DNA of 64,000 nucleotides from positions 182,943 to 246,942 of the forward strand of contig JBDRIV010000002.1 of assembly GCA_043815505.1 (NCBI GenBank), read 5' to 3'. The notes under the pieces were generated by a model that saw nothing but the letters and a program-made list of their open reading frames with translations, searched no databases and was not told where the DNA came from. Position numbers and translations under genes: made by a program. How positions within the stretch are numbered: the first letter of the stretch is position 1; each line of letters starts with the position of its first letter. Positions 21,102-31,868 of the stretch are shown in pieces. The stretch comes from a bacterium. GTDB lineage: Bacteria > Patescibacteriota > JABMPQ01 > JBDRIV01.

Positions 21102-21898
21102 ACGAAAAAGGTTCTATCATTTTTGGTATAATTATTCTCACAGCTGTTCTGGTTACAGGTATAGCAGCTGGCATTTTAGTTGTGCAAGAGGTTCAACTCA
21201 CAGCCAATTTTGAAAATTCCGTTACTGCTTACTATACAGCCGAATCGGGAATCGAAGACACTTTATATCAAATTAAAGTTGATCCAGAAAGTATTCCCGA
21301 AACGGTTCCAGGAACTGTTTTAGGTGGGGATGGATCATATTTAGTCACAATCACCAATCCACAAACAGATTGTTTGATAAAAGACAAAACTCAACAAATA
21401 TATATAGATAGAACTTTAGACCCAGAGATTAGTTGTGTAAAAATTACTTGGGTTCCTCCACCTGCTCCATATTTAACTTGCGGTTATACTAGCGATACAC
21501 CAAATCCTTGGATAGAATATAAAACTTACAGTGTAAATAATTCTCTTTCAACAAGCGGAGTATTGGTAGAAAAAGACAGCGGTACGGGGTTAACAGATTT
21601 TGGTACTGTTGAAATAAAAAACTTAGAGGCTAATAAAAACTATTATATTCGTTTCAAACCTTTATACAACGATGCGCAAGATGTCGTAGTTGAAGGCTTT
21701 GCTGCCACAGATTGTTCTGGCACAAGTCAATTAATCCATACCGAAATTCAGCTCAATGCCGAGGGAATTTACAATTTCAATATAGACAATAACAGACAAG
21801 CTATCAGAAATATTCAAGTAAACAAAGGTTCCAGCTCACTACATGGTGTTTTCGATTATGCTATCTTTTCTGACTTAGACTTAGAAAAAGCGCCATAA
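21098..21898 (+). CDS. PilX-N-domain minor pilin-like protein
   Basis: TM helix followed by QLTANFENSVTAYYTAESGIEDTLYQIKV, which resembles the PilX N-terminal domain. Confidence 0.55.
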   Translation: MNEKGSIIFGIIILTAVLVTGIAAGILVVQEVQLTANFENSVTAYYTAESGIEDTLYQIKVDPESIPETVPGTVLGGDGSYLVTITNPQTDCLIKDKTQQIYIDRTLDPEISCVKITWVPPPAPYLTCGYTSDTPNPWIEYKTYSVNNSLSTSGVLVEKDSGTGLTDFGTVEIKNLEANKNYYIRFKPLYNDAQDVVVEGFAATDCSGTSQLIHTEIQLNAEGIYNFNIDNNRQAIRNIQVNKGSSSLHGVFDYAIFSDLDLEKAP

Positions 21899-21914
21899 AG
21901 AGCTTCAATAAGCT

Positions 21915-24043
<2,129 letters not shown>

Positions 24044-24068
24044 AAGTTCTTTTCAGGGAGGAAAAATC

Positions 24069-24293
24069 ATGTTAGTTGATTGGAGTGAAATAGTAACTTG
24101 TCCAAATTCCGCATGTGGATCAAATGTTCCCAAGCCTAATATTATGATTTGCCCCGAATGCGGAAAAGGTATGTGTCCAATTTGTACCAAATCTGCTTTT
24201 GCAACTGATAGCAGTCAAGTTATATGTCCACATGAAAGTTGCAAAAGAACAATAAAATTAAAAGTGAAGCAAGTATTCTGTCTGAATACATAG
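24069..24293 (+). CDS. Small zinc-ribbon protein (several CxxC pairs)
   Basis: 74 aa with CPNSAC, CPECGKGMCPIC and CPHESC. A strong Shine-Dalgarno sequence (agggagg) lies upstream. Confidence 0.5.
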   Translation: MLVDWSEIVTCPNSACGSNVPKPNIMICPECGKGMCPICTKSAFATDSSQVICPHESCKRTIKLKVKQVFCLNT

Positions 24294-24367
24294 AATCACA
24301 CAATTTCCGACCAGAGCAATCTGGTCTTTATTTTTATCAAAATTTGAGTTAAAATAATAACATTATG

Positions 24368-24474
24368 CCCGGTAGTACAACCGGGTTAGTAAAGAATAGA
24401 ATAATCCTTTTAATGAATTATATACAGAAGAAAGGTTAGCTAATATCAATTAAACAGTAAGTTGTACTACCGGG
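24368..24474 (+). promoter_or_regulatory. Long-range 14-bp perfect inverted repeat enclosing ~79 nt and abutting the gatC start codon
   Basis: cccggtagtacaac (24368-24381) and gttgtactaccggg (24461-24474) are exact reverse complements. The 5' arm can also form a local hairpin (cccgg...ccggg). Confidence 0.5.
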
Positions 24475-24762
24475 ATGGCAAAAATCACTAAACAAGACAT
24501 TGAATATCTGGCTCGCCTGGCGCGGCTGGAATTATCAGAGGAAGAAAAGGAAAAATTCACATCAGAAATATCCTCAGTTTTAGAGTACATCGAAAAACTA
24601 AATGAGGTTGATACCAAAGGAATTGAAGATTTAGATCAAGTCACCGGTCTTAAACAATCGGGCCGAGTAGACTCTGTTCGAAAAAGCATTTCACGTGATG
24701 AAATGTTAAAAAACGCTCCACATAAAAAAGATGGTTTGGTAAAAGCAAAGGCAGTTAAATGA
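24475..24762 (+). CDS. gatC: Asp/Glu-tRNA amidotransferase subunit C
   Basis: 95 aa. ITKQDIEYLARLARLELSEEEKEKF is the GatC pattern. It is followed by gatA with a 4-nt overlap. Confidence 0.85.
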   Translation: MAKITKQDIEYLARLARLELSEEEKEKFTSEISSVLEYIEKLNEVDTKGIEDLDQVTGLKQSGRVDSVRKSISRDEMLKNAPHKKDGLVKAKAVK

Positions 24763-26219
24763 ATTTACACGAACTAACAATTGCCGAAGCCAATGATAAG
24801 TTGGAACAAAAAGAAATTTCTTCTCTTGATTTAACAGAAGCTGTTTTAGGTCGGATTGAAGTTGTTAATGACGATTTAAACGCCTATCTTAAAGTTACAG
24901 CTGACGAAGCTTGCGCTCAAGCAAAAATAGTTGACGACAAGGCAGCCCGCAACGAAAAATCAACTCCGCTAGGTGGTATTCCTCATGCTTTGAAAGATAA
25001 TTTTCTAACCAAAGGAATTGTAACCACCAATGGTTCCAAAATTTTGAAAGATTATATTCCACCTTATGATGCGACAGTAGTGGCTAGGTTAAAAAAAGAA
25101 GAAGCGGTTTTGCTCGGAAAATGTAATCAGGATGAATTTGCCATGGGGTCTTCCAATGAGCAATCGGCGTTTGGTGCTGTAAAAAATCCATACGATTTGG
25201 AAAGAGTGCCCGGAGGTTCGTCTGGAGGTTCAGCAGCCGCCGTGGCAGCTGATGCCGCCATATTTGCTCTCGGAACTGACACCGCCGGTTCCATCAGACA
25301 ACCAGCTTCTTTTTGTGGCGTCGTTGGTATGAAACCAACTTATGGTCGAGTTTCTCGTTATGGTGTGATGGCGCTTGCTTCTTCATTAGATGTAATTGGA
25401 CCAATTACTAAAACTGTGGCCGACAATGCTCTGGTTTTAAATTATTTGGCCGGTCAGGACAGACAAGATTCTACCACCTATCCTGAACCAGTTCAGGATT
25501 ACACTTCCGCTTTGCGCCCTGATGTTAAGGGGATAAAAATTGGCATTCCTAAAGAATATTTTGCCGAAGGTGTTGATGCCAAGGTTAAATCAACAATTAA
25601 AGAAGCTATTAAAAAATTAGAAGAACTGGGTGCTAAAACAGAAGAAGTTAGCCTACCAACTTCTAAATATGCGGTTCCTTGCTATTACATTATTTGTCCC
25701 GCCGAAGCTTCTTCTAACCTTGCTCGCTATGACGGCATTCGCTATGGACATTCCACTAAAGAAGCCAACGAATTATACGAAGTTTATACCAAATCGCGAT
25801 CAGAAGGTTTTGGTGACGAACCAAAACGTAGAATTATAATTGGAACTTATGCTTTGTCGGCTGGTTATTTTGATGCTTATTATGGGAAAGCCCAAAAAGT
25901 GCGAGCCAAGATAAAACAAGAATTTGAAGAAGTATTTAAAAAAGTAGATGTGTTGGTGGCGCCAACCACACCAACTACCGCTTTCAAATTGGGAGAAAAA
26001 GTTACCGATCCTTTATCACTTTATTTAGCAGATATTTTAACTGTTCCGCAGAACTTAGCCGGCGTGCCCGCACTTTCGGTTCCTGCTGGCTACATCGACG
26101 GCTTACCAATTGGAATGCAAATCATGGGACCGCAGTTTTCCGAAAGCAGATTGTACCAAGTGGGATTTGCCTACGAACAAGCCACTAACTGGCGTAAACA
26201 AAAACAATTAAAAGTTTAG
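24759..26219 (+). CDS. gatA: Asp/Glu-tRNA amidotransferase subunit A (amidase)
   Basis: Amidase signature GGSSGGSAAAVAA. Size is 486 aa. Confidence 0.9.
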   Translation: MNLHELTIAEANDKLEQKEISSLDLTEAVLGRIEVVNDDLNAYLKVTADEACAQAKIVDDKAARNEKSTPLGGIPHALKDNFLTKGIVTTNGSKILKDYIPPYDATVVARLKKEEAVLLGKCNQDEFAMGSSNEQSAFGAVKNPYDLERVPGGSSGGSAAAVAADAAIFALGTDTAGSIRQPASFCGVVGMKPTYGRVSRYGVMALASSLDVIGPITKTVADNALVLNYLAGQDRQDSTTYPEPVQDYTSALRPDVKGIKIGIPKEYFAEGVDAKVKSTIKEAIKKLEELGAKTEEVSLPTSKYAVPCYYIICPAEASSNLARYDGIRYGHSTKEANELYEVYTKSRSEGFGDEPKRRIIIGTYALSAGYFDAYYGKAQKVRAKIKQEFEEVFKKVDVLVAPTTPTTAFKLGEKVTDPLSLYLADILTVPQNLAGVPALSVPAGYIDGLPIGMQIMGPQFSESRLYQVGFAYEQATNWRKQKQLKV

Positions 26220-26258
26220 TTATTTTACATTTTTATCTTTACATTTTAATCTTTTAAT

Positions 26259-27011
26259 ATGGGCAGAGCACAAAAATTAAAGGAGGAAAGAAAACTGCAA
26301 AGAGAATTGGACGAGCAAACAAAGCAGGATAAAAAATCCAAGTTCGGTCTCCTCTTTTTTATAACATTAATTGTGGTATTAATTGCTTTAGGCGCAATTG
26401 CTTATTTCAATCAAAATGATGCCACCGAGGATGAATCAATGGCAACCACTACCGAAAACACTTCCGATAAACCAAATAAATGTATCACAGCAGATGTGAT
26501 GGCAAAAAATGAAATTACCGCCACCATAAAAACTGATAAAGGTGATATTAAATTGAATCTCTTTAAGGACAACGCTCCCCAGACCGTTGAAAACTTTGTA
26601 AAATTAGCTTGCGAGAACTTTTATGATGGTCTAACTTGGCATCGCGTTGTTGATGGTTTTGTAATTCAAGGCGGTGATCCATCTGGTGATGGTTCGGGTG
26701 GTCCCGGATATTCTTTTGAAGATGAAATAAATTCTCAAAGTTTAGGATTATCGAGTGATGCCATCAGCGCTTTGGAAGCAGAAGGTTATATGTATAATTC
26801 TGAATTGGAATCAAAGAAGATGGAAAAAGGATCGTTAGCGATGGCCAATTCCGGACCAAATACCAATGGCTCGCAATTCTTCATTGTAACTGACGAAGCT
26901 CAACCTCATTTAGACGGCCGTCATACTGTTTTTGGAGAAGTTTTAGAAGGAATGGATGTTGTAGCGCAAGTTCAGCAGGGAGATGTAATAAATGAAATTA
27001 TTGTAGAATAG
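26259..27011 (+). CDS. Membrane-anchored cyclophilin-type peptidyl-prolyl isomerase
   Basis: TM helix, then [14 protein letters not shown]...[13 protein letters not shown], which is the cyclophilin pattern. Confidence 0.85.
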   Translation: MGRAQKLKEERKLQRELDEQTKQDKKSKFGLLFFITLIVVLIALGAIAYFNQNDATEDESMATTTENTSDKPNKCITADVMAKNEITATIKTDKGDIKLNLFKDNAPQTVENFVKLACENFYDGLTWHRVVDGFVIQGGDPSGDGSGGPGYSFEDEINSQSLGLSSDAISALEAEGYMYNSELESKKMEKGSLAMANSGPNTNGSQFFIVTDEAQPHLDGRHTVFGEVLEGMDVVAQVQQGDVINEIIVE

Positions 27012-27033
27012 ACCAAGATTTAAAATTTATTGT

Positions 27034-27075
27034 CCCGCTCCAGTTTTTGTAAAAATTGGAGCGGGGGTTTATTTA
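27034..27075 (+). terminator. Rho-independent terminator
   Basis: cccgctcca...tggagcggg stem followed by a T-rich run. It shares the cccgctccagttttt core with the terminator at 28085. Confidence 0.65.
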
Positions 27076-27147
27076 ATTGACAAAAACAACAAAAACTATA
27101 TATTAGAAATAATTATTCGTACTTTTCAATCAATAGGGAGGTAGAAA

Positions 27148-27861
27148 ATGAGTGTAATCAAAAAAAGATTGCAGCGCATGTACCGACCGAAAATGAGATT
27201 AAATATTGCCTTTGTTTTGCTGACGACATTTCTTCTTATTGTGTCATTTTGTTCTCAACATAATGTACAAGGAGCAAACAAAGAACTGAAAGACACTGAA
27301 GATGAACAGAAATTTTTACAAGCACAAAACGAATTAAATCGTATTATTCTCAATCATCCTAAATCAGAGATTAGTAGCGATTTAAAAAAATTTTTGCAGA
27401 AAGAGGAGGTAAAGCTTAGCATAAATGTTGGTGATGTGCCATATAACCTAAAGACAAAACTGGTTAAAATGAGACTAATTGTTCTTACTGCAGAAATGGA
27501 CTATTTAATCAGTAGTAGGTGGTCTGATTGTCATAAGTTTTGCTCCATTTGGCATGAATATCAGCACATCTTGCAAATTCAGGCAGGTCATTACCCTGTC
27601 TTTGATAACGATAGAAAAATCAGTTGGGAAGACGTAAAGCTCAATTTCGAAAATGAATTAGAAGCGTACGCGGCGCAATTTGAATTAGCTACCGAACTTG
27701 GTTGTTTAGAAGAATTTGATGCCGGCAAAGCTTTCATGAAGAATGGTAAAAAAGGTTTGATTTTGTATCTCATGTATAGAGGCCGACCCGATCTATATCT
27801 GAAGTATGAAGATAAACTGTTAGAAGAGTTTTTGGAAAAGGAGGAATTATGGCTAAGATAA
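27148..27861 (+). CDS. Hypothetical signal-anchored protein with an HExxH motif
   Basis: Strong Shine-Dalgarno sequence (agggaggtag). N-terminal hydrophobic segment. WHEYQHILQ may be a zincin-like motif. Confidence 0.5.
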   Translation: MSVIKKRLQRMYRPKMRLNIAFVLLTTFLLIVSFCSQHNVQGANKELKDTEDEQKFLQAQNELNRIILNHPKSEISSDLKKFLQKEEVKLSINVGDVPYNLKTKLVKMRLIVLTAEMDYLISSRWSDCHKFCSIWHEYQHILQIQAGHYPVFDNDRKISWEDVKLNFENELEAYAAQFELATELGCLEEFDAGKAFMKNGKKGLILYLMYRGRPDLYLKYEDKLLEEFLEKEELWLR

Positions 27862-28058
27862 GACACGCTTCAAATAAACGCAAAAGAGGGAATCGTTGGC
27901 TCAAGGGTCGAAACAAAATGATGGAATTATTTGCGGCGATAGAAGATCGTCCTTTCAAGGAAGAAGCAGAAAGAACCAGATTTTATCATCCTGAGTCACG
28001 CAGACACAAGCTTCCCCTTCCTCCTGGGTCCACGCAGACACAAGCTTCCTCTTCCTGA
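27849..28058 (+). CDS. Small basic protein (69 aa). The coding call is uncertain.
   Basis: A perfect aaggagg Shine-Dalgarno sequence lies 4-5 nt upstream of the ATG. The N-terminus is KR-rich (KRKRGNRWLKGRNK). The 3' part contains a 19-bp tandem duplication, cacgcagacacaagcttcc, repeated twice. Confidence 0.35.
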   Translation: MAKIRHASNKRKRGNRWLKGRNKMMELFAAIEDRPFKEEAERTRFYHPESRRHKLPLPPGSTQTQASSS

Positions 28059-28084
28059 AGAAAATGATCTCTGGTAACAAAAAT

Positions 28085-28133
28085 TCCCCGCTCCAGTTTT
28101 TGCTTTCGCAAGAAACTGGGGCGGGGTTTTTCT
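28085..28133 (+). terminator. Rho-independent terminator
   Basis: 14-bp stem ccccgctccagttt / aaactggggcgggg followed by tttttctttt. Confidence 0.7.
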
Positions 28134-28175
28134 TTTCTGTAATAAAATCCGACAAATCATTACGACTCAATAAAC

Positions 28176-28206
28176 CTTGACATTTTAAACCCATATGCTA
28201 ATATAC
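28176..28206 (+). promoter_or_regulatory. Sigma-70-like promoter (TTGACA, 16-nt spacer, TAATAT) ahead of a ~300-nt leader
   Basis: ttgacattttaaacccatatgctaatat. Confidence 0.45.
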
Positions 28207-28619
28207 CTTGATTCGCAACTTTATAAGTGCGGATTTTTAATAAGACAATTTGGCTTAAAATAAAGGAAAAGTGATAATAAATCGCTTTTTATTATTGAGG
28301 ATAGCGAGTGAAGTAAGCATGCTTGCATGATTACTTCCAAGCGACGCAAATGACAAAGGATCGAAAATCCTTTCTTGTGGGGTAAAAGCCCACAAATAAG
28401 CCAAAATGCTAACAATTAGCCTTCTTCCTGGAATACGAGTGAAACCCAGTCCTACACTAGAAAACGCGCTACAGGAGGAAATAGAGGGCTTAAAAACCCC
28501 TCACACATATGCGTTTATCTGAAAACCGTTTCAGAATAAACAAACAAAAAAACATTCTAAATAACCTAGCGAAGAAGTCTAAATTCTTGCTAGTTTTTTG
28601 TAGGAAAAATTACAAAAAA

Positions 28620-29636
28620 ATGTTGGCATTGCGCATGACTTATGTTATGTTAACCGCCATGCCACTAGGATTTATTGGTTCTGTTGGTGCTATAGATTCT
28701 AATATTCTATTTACGAACCCAACTGAAAAAGTTGTGATAGAAACAGTTAAGGTGGACAATCTTGCTTATCACTCAGATTCATTCACTACCGATTCTCTAA
28801 AATCTGCTTCTGGATTTATTGGATCAACAATGAGCGTACAATCTATTAATGATACCGAACCAATTCTTCTAGCATCCGTTCAAGGAGATTCCTTAATGAA
28901 ATTTAGTTCCCCTACTGGTGAATTAATTTCAACTGGATTTGCAAGTAAGCAGGCCAAGATGATTAATTATATTGTTCGTCCTGGCGATACGTTAAGTTCA
29001 ATTGCTTCTGCTTATAATGTTTCACCTGAAACAATTTTTACTCAAAACAGAAACAAGCTGGCTTCTAGCGACCGTATTTCCATCGGCGACGAATTAGAAG
29101 TTCCTAACTATGAAGGTTTAGCTCACACCGTTAAGTCTGGTGAAAGCGTTGCTAGTATTGCATCCAAATATGGAGTATCAGAAGATAGTATAATTTCTTT
29201 TAATGATTTAAATTCTGCTTCAGATATTTCTGCTGGCGATGTTTTGCACATCAAAAATGCTAAAAATATACCCTCAGCATCAACTTCTATTAAGAAAACC
29301 ACTGCTACTCAAATTACCAGATCAGCTGGGTCAAATTCATTTCCTTATGGTTACTGTACATACTACGTTGCTTCTAAAAGAAATGTAGTTTGGAGCGGTA
29401 ATGCTAAAAGCTGGTTAACAAATGCAGCTAGAGCTGGATACGCCATTGGCAAAACTCCCGAGACTGGATCTATTGTTGTAACTTATGAATCAGGTTGGGG
29501 ACACGTTGCTTATGTTGAATCTGTAAATGGAGATGGAAGTTTTACGGTTTCGGAAATGAATTATGTTGGTTGGGGCGTGGTAAACACCCGCACCATGAGC
29601 GCCGGAAGTGGAATGGTAGCCGGATTCATTTACTAA
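28620..29636 (+). CDS. Secreted peptidoglycan hydrolase with LysM repeats and a C-terminal CHAP domain
   Basis: LysM repeats (YIVRPGDTLSSIASAYNVS, HTVKSGESVASIASKYGVS). The C-terminus GYCTYYVASK...GWGHVAYVESV is a CHAP Cys/His pattern. The track ORF starts at 28509; I prefer the Met at 28620 ahead of the signal peptide MLALRMTYVMLTAMPLGFIGSVGA. Confidence 0.75.
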   Translation: MLALRMTYVMLTAMPLGFIGSVGAIDSNILFTNPTEKVVIETVKVDNLAYHSDSFTTDSLKSASGFIGSTMSVQSINDTEPILLASVQGDSLMKFSSPTGELISTGFASKQAKMINYIVRPGDTLSSIASAYNVSPETIFTQNRNKLASSDRISIGDELEVPNYEGLAHTVKSGESVASIASKYGVSEDSIISFNDLNSASDISAGDVLHIKNAKNIPSASTSIKKTTATQITRSAGSNSFPYGYCTYYVASKRNVVWSGNAKSWLTNAARAGYAIGKTPETGSIVVTYESGWGHVAYVESVNGDGSFTVSEMNYVGWGVVNTRTMSAGSGMVAGFIY

Positions 29637-29647
29637 ATTTGATTTTA

Positions 29648-29680
29648 AAAACCCCTTCAAGAATTTGAGGGGGTTTTTGT
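29648..29680 (+). terminator. Terminator-like hairpin
   Basis: aaaccccttcaagaatttgagggggttttt. Confidence 0.5.
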
Positions 29681-29804
29681 TATATCTATTTAACTATAAA
29701 ATTCACTTTTTGACAGCAAAAGGTGGTAGATTAAAATAAATGGTGAAAAAGATATATTATTATAAAATTATGATAAAAAATATTCTCCTTAAGAATATTT
29801 TAAA

Positions 29805-30395
29805 TTATTTATGATCCTTCTGGTATTCCGCATCATTCTCCATCATTTCTTTTAAAAGTTCACGCAGATAAACTGCTTTAGATTTTCCTCGGCCCGTAGC
29901 TTTCCAGTGCAAATAACTTTCAATCCGTTCCGAAATGCGCAAAGTAAATTTAATATTAGGAACATCTTTAGCTTGTGATTTTTGAACCTTGCGTAAAAAT
30001 GAAATTAATACTTTGGGTAAATTCTCTTCAGTATAAGGTTTTACTGCCACTCCACTTATTTTGCCAGCGTTTTGCAAATTTTCAGGAATTCCTTGAGGCT
30101 GGCCAGATTCTTTATATAAACACAAAACTGGCTTCTTTTGCAAAGCCGCAAATGCCAGAATATAAGAAACTTCGTTACTTAGAGTAGAAACTTCAATAAT
30201 AAAGCCATCAGTGCCGGCAAACAGTACGCCATTTTTCTTACTATCTCGTTTTACAGTTTCAGTTGAAAAGTTTTGTTCCTCACCAATTTTTCTGGCGTAC
30301 TCAATATTTTCGCGATCCAAAGTGTGCTCTGCAATTTCGTAAGCAGCTTTTATTTTATAATCTTCAGTTTGTGGTCCGTAGAAGTAAACTCTCAT
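29805..30395 (-). CDS. Hypothetical protein with an N-terminal Rossmann-like domain fused to a C-terminal ribbon-helix-helix-like segment
   Basis: RVYFYGPQ...GVLFAGTDGFIIEVS...AFAALQKKPVLCLY resembles the nucleoside-deoxyribosyltransferase-like fold. The C-terminus IKFTLRISERIESYLHWKA...AVYLRELLKEM looks like a CopG/RHH. Confidence 0.4.
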   Translation of the reverse strand: MRVYFYGPQTEDYKIKAAYEIAEHTLDRENIEYARKIGEEQNFSTETVKRDSKKNGVLFAGTDGFIIEVSTLSNEVSYILAFAALQKKPVLCLYKESGQPQGIPENLQNAGKISGVAVKPYTEENLPKVLISFLRKVQKSQAKDVPNIKFTLRISERIESYLHWKATGRGKSKAVYLRELLKEMMENDAEYQKDHK

Positions 30396-30413
30396 AATCT
30401 ATTTTATAAAACT

Positions 30414-31445
30414 TTAGGTGGTGGTAATTTCACCAGCCAAATTTGTTTGCAAAAATTCACTGAAGCGCGATGGTGTTTTTGTTTGCGCCAGTGCCAACAT
30501 CGATTTAATAAGCGTACTTTCCAAAGTCATATTATTTACAACTGTTGCTTCAATTCCCATTTCATCCAATTGTTTCACCAGATGTTGTTTGTTATTTTCA
30601 TCCAACATAATGTCGCGATAAATCAAACGTTTTCCTTGCTTGGTAATTTCAAGCATGGCTTTTTGGTGCTCTGGAGAAATGTTAGTTTGAATTGTGGACT
30701 GAATTAGAATTGCCCGAGCATCAGTTTCAGCTAAATTTTCCAAAAGTTTAGCCGGCAGAGAAGGATACAAATAAATTACCTGAATATTATTATCCATTTC
30801 TGTTGCGATATTAGTATTTGTTTGTTCAGTTTTCAAAATGTTATTTGCTAACTTTACTCCAAAATCAATTTGTCCAATTGGATCCATGCGAAAGCTGGAA
30901 AAGATATTTATAGGATTGTTGGGTGAGCGAAAAGCCCGGTTGGCACGCACCAACTGATTGCCAAACATTAAAGAAACATCGCGGTGCGGAAGAGTAGCCA
31001 CTTGAACGGCGTTGATTAAATTTGCCTTAGTTCCTAAAAATTCAAATTTTTGCAGAGAAGTTTCATCGTACTTATTATGAATCGCAAAATTGTAATTTCC
31101 TGTGCAGACAAGTGGTTTGTTAAAATCTGCCAAAAGAAAAGACAACGCCGTTGCGGTGTAGGTGATATTTTCAATATTATGTACCAGCACAAAGCCATCA
31201 AAATCATTTTCGTGTTTTTTTATAGTTCTCGCAAAATCAATCCAGTCGGTTTGGCTAACTTGTTCAGGTTCCTTTGGTAAAAGCAAAATTGGTTGAACAT
31301 CACAAATAAGCTCAAGTTCAGGAATGAATTTAAGCCACTTTTTTATATCTTTCTCGTTTTTAATGGAAGTAGACTCTGGGTCGTTGTAAGAAAGCGTTGT
31401 TCCAGAAGAAAGAAATAATCCAATTTTAGTATTCTTTTTAGGCAA
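30414..31445 (-). CDS. L-asparaginase family protein (type I-like)
   Basis: IGLFLSSGTTLS corresponds to TGGTI. VLVHNIENITYTATALSFLLADFNKPLVCTGN corresponds to HGTDTMAYTASALSFML..KPVV.TGSQ. Confidence 0.6.
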   Translation of the reverse strand: MPKKNTKIGLFLSSGTTLSYNDPESTSIKNEKDIKKWLKFIPELELICDVQPILLLPKEPEQVSQTDWIDFARTIKKHENDFDGFVLVHNIENITYTATALSFLLADFNKPLVCTGNYNFAIHNKYDETSLQKFEFLGTKANLINAVQVATLPHRDVSLMFGNQLVRANRAFRSPNNPINIFSSFRMDPIGQIDFGVKLANNILKTEQTNTNIATEMDNNIQVIYLYPSLPAKLLENLAETDARAILIQSTIQTNISPEHQKAMLEITKQGKRLIYRDIMLDENNKQHLVKQLDEMGIEATVVNNMTLESTLIKSMLALAQTKTPSRFSEFLQTNLAGEITTT

Positions 31446-31460
31446 AATACAAGTTTAATA

Positions 31461-31489
31461 TTGACATACCTTTTGGCTCTGCTATAATG
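31461..31489 (+). promoter_or_regulatory. Perfect consensus sigma-70 promoter (TTGACA, 17 nt, TATAAT), about 380 nt upstream of the 31869 start codon
   Basis: ttgaca at 31461-31466 and tataat at 31484-31489. Confidence 0.55.
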
Positions 31490-31679
31490 AAAACAGTATA
31501 TAGGGCCGTCGCAGATAAAGAGCCGTCTATATTATATCAAAAAGATAAATCTTTGTAAAATATTCAGCACATTTCAAAATATTATTGGAAAAATAGAGCC
31601 GTCGCAAATTTCTATAAAATTGTTAAAAAGAGTTGTGGATAAGTTTAGATTATTAGCAATCTGTGAGGTTTTTAAATTC

Positions 31680-31731
31680 TGCTCATAGTTCTCCCGTCTT
31701 CCCCCAGTTCAGGACGGGAGAACTATGAGCA
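31680..31731. promoter_or_regulatory. 18-bp perfect inverted-repeat hairpin with a 14-nt loop inside the long leader
   Basis: gctcatagttctcccgtc-ttcccccagttcag-gacgggagaactatgagc. It is unusually GC-rich for this genome. Confidence 0.6.
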
Positions 31732-31868
31732 GAAAAGATGGCCATATCGGCCAGCGCTCTTTTGAAAATAGGAGACTATATGGAGAAAGTATTTTTCGAA
31801 CTTGTCTTAGTATGAAGTATGCGCCTAGGACGTAACCAACAACAGACCAAATTATAGGAGCAAGAAAA

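Noticed and set aside
24300-24475. Possible T-box leader or tRNA upstream of gatC
   Set aside because: There is no T-box consensus (AATTAGGGTGG...) and no tRNA cloverleaf or T-loop GTTCGAATC motif. I retained it only as a generic inverted-repeat regulatory element.
28221-28415. 64-aa minus-strand ORF
   Set aside because: It lies inside the hairpin-rich leader of the LysM-CHAP gene, with no ribosome-binding site.
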